Positions 54,572-64,000 of a stretch of DNA of 64,000 nucleotides are shown piece by piece. Within the stretch, counting starts at the first letter, position 1. Each line of letters opens with the position of its first letter. Location of the stretch: contig NC_043014.1 in the NCBI RefSeq assembly GCF_006345805.1, forward strand, positions 36,518,001-36,582,000. The letters run 5' to 3'. The notes beneath the pieces are model-generated. The model did no database searches. It was given only the letters and a program-made list of their open reading frames with translations, and was not told the origin of the DNA. The DNA comes from Octopus sinensis (taxonomy: Eukaryota). The position numbers were made by a program, and so were the translations under genes.

Positions 54572-57500
54572 CGTACTTTAAACTTACAACACAAAATGTA
54601 TGAAAAACTACATGTGCAAAACAATGTGACAACGGAAATGAACGGACCGGTACCCTACGAAAATGACGACCGTCAAAATAATGGGCCGGACGTTGTTCCT
54701 CATATCCCGCAAATAAAACCCAAAAGACATAAATGGACATTTGAGGAATACATTTCTATCCTACACGCTCACTTTACAGCAGTTATCTACCCAAAGAATG
54801 AAAACACAACAACACATACATATAAAATATGGAAGAAAAATAACATAAATATAGACTTGGATAAAGCAATGAACCCTAATAAACTAGCTAACGTACGAAG
54901 ATACATTCTCAACGCAAAAAAATATCAGAAATAGAAATAGAACATCTAAAAGAAAAAATACATCAGGAAAATGTAGATAGAAGCCACACAACAATGCCCA
55001 ATAATATAAACACTGAAACAGTGAAACACGAAGACAAACGTAACATTCCCAACAAACACGATGTAACAAAACAACAAACCCAGACCGTAAGGATGCACAA
55101 TAATCACGACAAACAGCAAGCCAAAACACGACAAACAACATACAATAAGAAAGAAAGTGACACAAATCTAAAACCTGGAAACAACGAAGGGGAGCCTAAT
55201 GATTATGATAATATAAAAGTAGAATAATCAAAGAACTGAAAACCACAGAGCTCAAAATGGACCACCGACTATACCTCCCAAAAATCAAAATAGACGAAAC
55301 AACAACACCAATTATAAACAGCATAAACCTAGCCGTCACGAAACTAATAGCCACTGAAACAAAAAGCGATATCACTGAGCTAAATGACTTAGTATACGCC
55401 GCAGCCACTACAGCCTCAAAAGAAGCTGGATACTCACTCAAACCCGTCCAAACAGGAGTACTACCACCCAAACAAACCCTGTGGATAAATAACATCCAAA
55501 ACAAAATACAAAAAAATGAGAAAACATCTGTCGATTCTTAATCAAATCAGTAGACAATCAACGCTACTGAGCAACAAAAAGAAAACAAAAATACTCCGCA
55601 AATACATCACAGAAAAAGATTTACCTGAGATAAAAGAAAAGCTAAAGCAAGATATCCTTGCCAAAGCACTAAGGATCCGCCGGCACGAGAAACGCCAGCG
55701 CTTCTTTGAACAAAACAAAAAGTTCAACTCCAACCCCAAAAAGTTCTACCAAGAACTTGGCAAAAATAAAATAGAAATCACTGCAGCACCAACGGCAGAA
55801 GAAGTGGAAGAATTCTGGAGAGAAATATGGTCGGCGAACGAACAACCAAAAAAAAAGGAGTATTAAAACAACAAACCCAGTATCTGAGCAACTTTGGACC
55901 CCCATAACAACTGAAGAGGTCACCCAGGCACTGCAAAGACCAAGCAACTGGAAGGCACCTGGGCATGACAAGATCCTCAACTTCTGGTTGAAATATCTAA
56001 CAGGAATGCACAAAAAGCTGGCTGAAAATTTTAACAACATACTGGCAGAGCCAGAGACAATGCCTGAATGGCTCACGAAGGGGAAAACCATCTTAATTCC
56101 CAAATCAAATGAGACAGCAAAACCAGAAAACTACAGACCAATAACATGTCTCCCTACAATGTACAAGGCATTTACTGCAGTGATATCGCAAAGATTGAAC
56201 AAGCACCTGGACGAAAACAACCTGTTCCCAGAAGAGCAGAAAGGATGCCGTAAAGGCTCATATGGCTGTAAAGATTAACTAATGATTAATAAAGCCATAA
56301 CTGAAGACAGCCACAGAAAGAAGAAAGGCCTCAGCATGGCCTGGATCGACTACAAAAAGGTGTTTGATAGCATTCCCCACACCTGGATCCTCGAAACACT
56401 AGCCATTAACAAAGTAGCACCAACAAATATAAAATTCATAGGACACACTATGAATAAATGGCAAACAGTGCTACAGCTCCAAACAAAAGAGGGACTCATG
56501 AAAACCAAAGCCATCCCCATTAGAAGAGGAATATTCCAGGGAGACACGCTCTCTCCACTCCTTTTCTGCTTGGCACTGTCACCTCAATCTAATATGCTAA
56601 ATAGTACTGGATGCGGATATAAATGTTACGGCAAAACGATCAGCCACCATTTATACATGGATGACCTAAAACTATACGCTGCAAATGACAAACTACTGGA
56701 AACACTATTAAAGACAATTCATGGATTTACCAAAGAAATAGATATGAAATTTGGATTAGAAAAATGCGCCAAAGTAACAATGAAAAGAGGAAAACTAGTT
56801 AAGAGTAGCAACAATGAAATAAAAGAATTAGACCAAAGCCAAACTTACAAATACTTAGGACTCCATGAACTAGATAAGACACAACACACACAAATGAAAG
56901 AGAAAATAAAAAAAAGAATATTATAGACGAGTTAGATCAATACAGAAAACAGAGCTGAATGCTAAAAACAAGATAATAGGTATCAACACTTTAGCTGTCC
57001 CAGTTATAAGTTACAGCTACAATATCCTTAACTGGACGCTAAATGAACTGACCAAAATAGATAGGAAAACAAGAAAAATAATGATAGGATCTCGGATGCA
57101 TCACCCAAAATCTGACATAGAAAGACTATATATACAACGTATAGAAGGTGGTAGAGGCCTTATACAGCTGGAAAACTACTATAAAATAACCACCATAGGA
57201 CTGCAAAAATATCTACATCAGAAGGAAGGAAAACTGATACAAATAGCGGCAAAACACGAGCAAAACAAAAAACTGTTCTCAGTATTTAAGGAAGCTGACA
57301 AATACAAATAAGAAATCATACCACCTAACAAATATGAAGAAGAAGAAAAAGAAGAAGAAAAAGAAGAAGAAGAAGAAGAAGGAGAAGAAGAAGAAGAAGA
57401 AGAGAAGAAGAAGAAGATGTAGAAGAAGAGAAGAAGAAGAAGAAGAAGAAGGAGAAGAAGAAGAAGAAGAAGAAGAAGAAGAGAAGAAGAAGAAGAAGAA

Positions 57501-58449
57501 GAAGAAGAAGAAGAAGAAACAACAAAGCTATAAAACAAATGAAATCCAAACTAAAAACTAGAACAACAAAGAGCCATGATAAAACGATGGCAAGGAAGCC
57601 CCTTCATGGTAAATACTGGACTAAACTAAATGCAAAAGAAATAGACAAAGAAATCCCCCAGCAATGGTTGAGAAGCTCAGGACCCAAAGCAGAGACAGAG
57701 GGATTTTTAATTGCAGCACAAGACCAAAGCCTCCCCACCAGAAATTACCAAAAACATGTAATGAAAAGAAATATAACAAGTAACTGCAGAATATGTGGAG
57801 ATGGACAAGAATCAATAAACCATATTATCTCTGGCTGCTCAGTCCTGGCTAAGAAGGAATATATTCACAGACATGACAGAGTTGGAACCTACATACACTG
57901 GAAGCTATGCCAACATTATGGAATAACAACAGAAAAAAGATGGTATAGCACACAACAGAAAAGGTCACAGAAAACGAGAAACAACCATACTCTGGGATAT
58001 GCCGATACACACAGATAGAGAAATTAAGGCCAACAGACCAGATATAGTTGTCAGAGATCATGAAGAAAAAAAAATGCTTTCTAATTGATGTGTCATTACC
58101 GGCAGATGACAACGTGTCTCTAAAAGAAATGGAGAAACTTTCAAAATACAAAGACCTGGAAATAGAGGTAACCAGAATGTGGAATCTAAAAACAGAAACA
58201 ATTCCTATCATAATAGGTGCATTAGGCATGATAAAAAATATTCAGACAAATACATAACAAAAACACCAGGACTTACAAACACATATAAAATACAGAAAAT
58301 TGCACTTCTAGGCACTGCACACATCCTGTGCAGAACACTTTCCATACAATAACCATCAGAGCATCACAACAAATCACAGCACATACCCAAGGCACACAGA
58401 GCTGCGCTCGGTATTGAAGTGAAAGCACACTATAAAAATAAAACTACTG
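54571..58449 (+). mobile_element. Full-length R4/Dong-clade non-LTR retrotransposon (RT and RLE), disrupted, within a (TAA)n microsatellite
   Basis: R.KWT.EE N-terminus, NYRPITCLPT, WIDYKK.FDSIPH, RGIFQGDTLSP, HLYMDDLKLY, CRICG...ESINHIISGC, HD.V and RPDIVV..D...IDV motifs. (TAA)n/(TGA)n on both sides. Confidence 0.92.
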
Positions 58450-58470
58450 AATAATAATAATAACAATAAC

Positions 58471-58547
<77 letters not shown>

Positions 58548-58566
58548 GATAATGAAAATGATAATG

Positions 58567-58697
<131 letters not shown>

Positions 58698-58725
58698 CAT
58701 GATCATGATCATGATGATGATCATG

Positions 58726-58756
<31 letters not shown>

Positions 58757-58758
<2 letters not shown>

Positions 58759-58900
58759 GGCACTGCCCACATCCTACGCAGAACACTTTCCATACAATAA
58801 CCATCAGAGCATCACAACAAATCACAGCACATACCCAAGGCACACAGAGCTGCGCTCGGTAGTGAAGTGAAAGCACGCTATAAAAATAAAAATAAAACTA

Positions 58901-58903
<3 letters not shown>
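58757..58903 (+). mobile_element. Second, severely 5'-truncated Dong-like copy in the same microsatellite
   Basis: Repeats the last 147 nt or so of the element, with its own (AAT)n tail. Confidence 0.9.
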
Positions 58904-58904
<1 letters not shown>

Positions 58905-58938
<34 letters not shown>

Positions 58939-61515
58939 GTACCAAGCAGTGGCTCTCGTGGCTTCTGATCTTAACTGATTGGAAGTGTTATCATGTACAT
59001 TGTTTTGTCTTGGTAAATATTCTTCTTAATACCACAGATTTGCTTGTCAGTTGTTTGACCTTAACCAGTTTACCATGTCCCTTAGTGGCTGACGATATAT
59101 GCATCTCTAATCACGAGCAGAAGTAGTGGGGGAGCATCTGAGGTTTGAATAATTCACCTCTGGAAACATGGGTGTTTCATTCAACATCCTTAAACAACCC
59201 TTAATCAGGGACCTTTTGAGTGGGATGGGTTAACCGACCAGAAGAAAATTCTAACTGGGCCCCACCCGCAAGGTCATGCGCTGTTTATCTTGTTATGAGA
59301 TCACCATGTCGCGCACATATTGTTGTGATGCATGTGCCTGGTGTACCCTTATCAGACGGGTAGTCATGATGGGTATACTGGGCTTCGTATATTTTACCCC
59401 AGTGTCACTTTGATGGCACGCACTGCTCTCTCACTCAATAATAATAATAATCACATGGAGAGTAGACGAACTAAACAGCTTAGACAGAAAGTTCAGGCTA
59501 TCTTATATAGTCCCATGCTGATGCCCCCTTCGGTCATGACTGACCATGGGATTGCACCTTGAAAGTTACCCTCCCAGGGCAAGTCCGGGCAAGGTTGTTT
59601 ATGGAAGACCAGCAGTCGCCCATGCATACCGGCCTCCTCTCTCCACGCCACCAGTGTTATTCAAGGGAAAGGCAACGGTCGATACAGCTTGGCACCTGTG
59701 ACGTCGCAACTCATTTCTACTGTGTGAACTGGAGCAACGTGAAATAAAGTGTCTTGCTCAAGAACACAACACGCAGCCCGGTCCGGGCTTTTGTTTTTGA
59801 AGTAGTCATTTCTGCAATGATGCCTATAGTATGAAAGTAGTAGCCTATCAGAGTTCGTTCATTTGTCATCTCCTATTCATCATAGTCCTTCAGACCATAT
59901 CATTGTAATTTAAGACTGGCTGATGAGTTTGTTCTCGTAGTTAAGCTGAGTAGAAATTGAAATTAAATTCTAGCTGTGGAAGAAAAACCTACAATCAAAG
60001 TGTACTTAGTGAATATCAGATTTCTAGTTAGCAGGAAATCAGAAAGGCCTCTAAACCCTTCAAGTAAATACTCCTGCTCAATGTGTAGAAGAAGCCCATG
60101 CATACCGGCCTACTCTCTCCACGCCACCAGTGTTATTCAAGGGAAAGGCAAACTAAGGACATGTAAGAGTTGCAGTGGAATCACAGGAAGGTTAACAGGA
60201 AAAGTAAACTTTGTAATAGACCGGCTAGATAAAGAAACAATCAGAGTGCACCGGAAAAAGACTTTCTGGAATGGCCAGGCGATTTCCTAAAATTAGTAGA
60301 CAGTTTCTGTTAAATAAGAGACCAAATTAACGGGGCAAAAATATGTTCTGAAAGTATAACTGCTAGAACAAGAGCTATTTGTAACAAATGATAGCTTTGT
60401 CAGAGCGAAAGCCAGATTGTATAATACCTGTGTACGAACAACAATGTTACGTAATAGTGTAACTTGGGATGTGAATGCAGAAAATATGCGATGGATAGAA
60501 ATATATGAAAGTAGCATACCACGATGGATGTTCCACATCAGTGTGCCTGTACGACTAAAACCAAATGTGTCTGTCTGTCTTTTTCTCTCTCAGTCTCTTT
60601 CACTTTTTCATTCCACGTGCGCAAGCCATTAATTCACCTCTGTATCGACCATCCGCTCCTGTCGCTCTGTCTTCATTTGTCAACCATCAATACTACACAC
60701 TATTCAGTTGAGGTATCTCATATCGCAGGTACTTACTGACATCACCATTGCCATTGTGAAGAAGGAGTTACCCTGAGCTCTCTGGAAAGTAGCTGGAGTC
60801 AGGCAGGACATCAAGCCGTAGAAACCATTCCAACGCAGACACAGAACCTCGGCATAGTTCTCTCATTAGTCTGTTCGTGTCAAACAGTTCAACCCATGCC
60901 AGCATGCAAAAATAAACATTCTTGTAGGCGCAGAGGAGCCTGTAATTATACATGGCCGGATGACATGATTCCTGAAGATCACAGGACTATTTCGGAGGTG
61001 TACTCCGCATGTGGACAGACATTACACTGGTGGCGTAAAGAAGAAACACCAGTTAGTGAGATAGAAAGAAACTGATGAGGGTTTCCTACAAAAGACGAGT
61101 TGGAAAAGAATAAGAAAAAATATCGGATGGCACAAGAATCTTTTGTTTTCAGTGCTTCACTAAAGATGCTTTTCTGTGGTTTCAACCAATTTATGCTGCT
61201 GGCAAACAGACAGATGTTTTGTGGAAATATTTATACCCTAGGTATGACTTCAGACTGCATCTGTTTGTGGTGCCCTGGTTTGGGAATCCATGGTTTTTTT
61301 GAGTGTGGAACCAGCTCTTAGCCCCTCTCTCTTTCTCACTCTCTTGATATATAAATATATATATGTATATACGCATACACACATGCATAAATACATGCAT
61401 GCATACATACATACATACACACACACATACATGTACAGGTCTTCTTTCTGTTTTCAACACCGGATCTACTCACGAGGTTTTGGTTGGCCATACGTCATAG
61501 TACTATGTACACACA

Positions 61516-61591
<76 letters not shown>

Positions 61592-63131
61592 CACTGACAC
61601 ATTACACCACCATAAATGTGTAAAACCCAACCATAACAATAACCGTGATACTAATCCTCCTAACCATAAAATCTCCCACCTAAACAAAATTACACCTGAC
61701 AATATTGATGGAACTAAACAAACACAACACACTCACATAAAAATGCCTAATACCAAATGCTGAAACCACACAGTTCTCCGGTATAACCTTATCCACGCCT
61801 CAAATGTGACTTCCAAGATCGTTAGACAGTTTTTCACAGCATTTGACAGGTGCTTCCCAAAATCACACAGGTACCACCCTATATTCAACAGATATATTCG
61901 TTTACAATATAATGTAATTTCCGTAAGTGAAGGTGTTTTTGAGCCTGTATTTGTCGTCTGCGTATCATTTGTGTGTGTGGTGTGTGTGTCATTCTGGAGT
62001 ATGAAGTTAATGCATTCTCCGTGTCCTGCCCTAGCCAGTGCCTCATTGTAATAAGGTGCATGCAGGTCAAATAATTTCGGAGTCAGACAGTCGCGAAACC
62101 CTGGTCTGAATATTCTATGCAAGATACCGTATAATGGAGGGTGGATGATTCGACCTGGAATTAATGTATTTTAGGTTGGAATTTGGTTTGGTGAAAGGCT
62201 CGTAAGAGTCTGGTGTCAAAGTTGAATGCGGCACATAGGAAGTTAACCTTGCGGTATTACATTTCTACAGTTACTGCTAGTCCAGAATTCTTGAATAATT
62301 ATATAGTTTCTTCTTATAGCTTTCAAGTTCTACATTAGTGCAACGGTTAAAATAGAAGCTCCCTCCCATCCCTGGGAGAGTGGTCTGGATTAAGGATAGG
62401 ATGCAGGCCCCAACTGTGTCAGTGCATTGTGCGGAGTCGGAAGATCCCATCTCTATATTGTGCACCACATGATATAGGTATGTACGTATGTAAATGTATA
62501 CATGAATGTGCGTGCGGATGGGCAGGCGCACATACGTGTGAATGTATACTGGCGTGTGTGCCTGAATAAACTTATGATCGTTTAGTGTCTGTCTGTGCGT
62601 CTGATTAAACGTTCAGAGCCACGAGGTCATATGGCCTTAAACTGACCAAGCCGTGACACTTGGCTGCCATAGCCACCATATATCAAAGACTTACATACCA
62701 TTGGGGAGGCCCATGAGAAAATGATCTTTTCGGTTTGAACGGCAGTTTAAAAAAATAATTTCCACTTAACTAAACACTTTTAAACTTCGTTTACTGGTAG
62801 AATGTGTTTATAAAACATCTTTTTTTCTTGGCTTTATTGAGAAGACTCTATAGTTTGTAAGATATTTGTTGTTGTTTTTCTTCAATTTCTACAATTTCAA
62901 CCAATCAATGACGTCTATTGAGGTGAAAACATTCTGTGCCGTATGAATATGTCCCTCGTTGGGTTTATTTACATTTCTGAAGAAAAAAAATATATCCTTC
63001 CCCGCACCCCTAACCCTAACCCCAACCCTAAAACAGATTGAAATGCAATAGATCGATACTAGGGTCATAATTATGGGTGATAATTTCATATGACACCGCT
63101 AGAAAAAATTGCCGTTCAAACCGAAAAGATC
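58905..63131 (-). repeat. Inverted segmental duplication, right arm 1
   Basis: Reverse complement of 20879-25020. The ORF track shows the same peptides on opposite strands. Confidence 0.92.
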
Positions 63132-63374
63132 CTGAGAAAATTTGGTTTTAATGTTTGACAACTCAGCACCTTCCATTGGACGGGGGCTGTTTTGCTCGTA
63201 ATATATAAAGTCAAAGAATATTCTTCATGTGTAATGGATATGCGATGAATGCCTCTTCGAGGAAAACATTATGAACTATTAGAAAAATGAAGAAAACTGT
63301 GATAATTCTAAATTTACTCAGACAAATAGCGACTGAGCTTTTTGTTCTTCGTTTGAATACTTGCAAACAACATA

Positions 63375-63432
63375 AAACGCATGCACACTCACACACATGC
63401 TACGTACGTACATACATACATACATACATACA

Positions 63433-63463
<31 letters not shown>

Positions 63464-63640
63464 GTACATATATACATACAAACAAACAAACATACATACA
63501 TACATACATACATACATACATACATACATACATACATACATACATACATACAAACGTACATGTAGATGCATAAGTGTTATATATATTTATATAATGTAGA
63601 TGTAAAAATTATATAAATATATATGCATATTCTATATTCT

Positions 63641-63671
<31 letters not shown>

Positions 63672-63845
63672 TATATATATATATATATATATATATATTT
63701 ACATGTACTATGTACATATATATATGTACTATGTTAACAAGGGAAAATACACACATCTATTTATATATGTACTATGTATGTATGGTTGCATGTATGTATG
63801 TATGTATGTATGTATGTATGTATGTATGTGTATATGTATGTAGGC
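63375..63845. repeat. (TACA)n, (CT)n, (TA)n and (TATG)n microsatellites
   Basis: Direct reading. Confidence 0.95.
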
Positions 63846-64000
63846 ATATATAGTGCGTTTTGCGACAATCAAAACATTAAATCTAAAACAAGCAGATTCA
63901 GCGTTGGAAATGAAAAAATAATATTTTTTGTTAGTTTAAACTTACAGGCGGAAGTGTAAGGAGCAATCATCAGCATCATCATAGCTAACAACATCGTTGA

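Overview
AT-rich, microsatellite- and transposon-dense eukaryotic DNA. The SINE families look like those of octopod cephalopods (recognition from memory, not a database search). No rRNA, true tRNA or CRISPR is present. Under the repeats I reconstruct by hand a small family of spliced genes with only phase-1 introns. They encode two Ig-like domains, a short linker and a GPI-signal-like tail. Gene A (+): exons 1187-1523, 3044-3349, 9741-9773 and 11184-11263, with a frameshift in the first. Gene C (-): exons 50862-50539, 48678-48373, 43896-43858 and 39499-39420, with an open frame. A third copy, B, is an orphan second-domain exon at 32294-32599. The signal-peptide exons were not found. The region 20.9-30.6 kb is a recent inverted copy of the gene C locus (35.7-63.1 kb) that lacks all four coding exons. 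Between the arms lie fragment B and four non-autonomous Helitrons ending in a tail-to-tail palindrome. The rest is LINEs (Tx1/L1, CR1, RTE, R4/Dong), Penelope-like relics, a Chapaev3-like transposon with intact ends, MITEs and SINEs. Identities are manual estimates.
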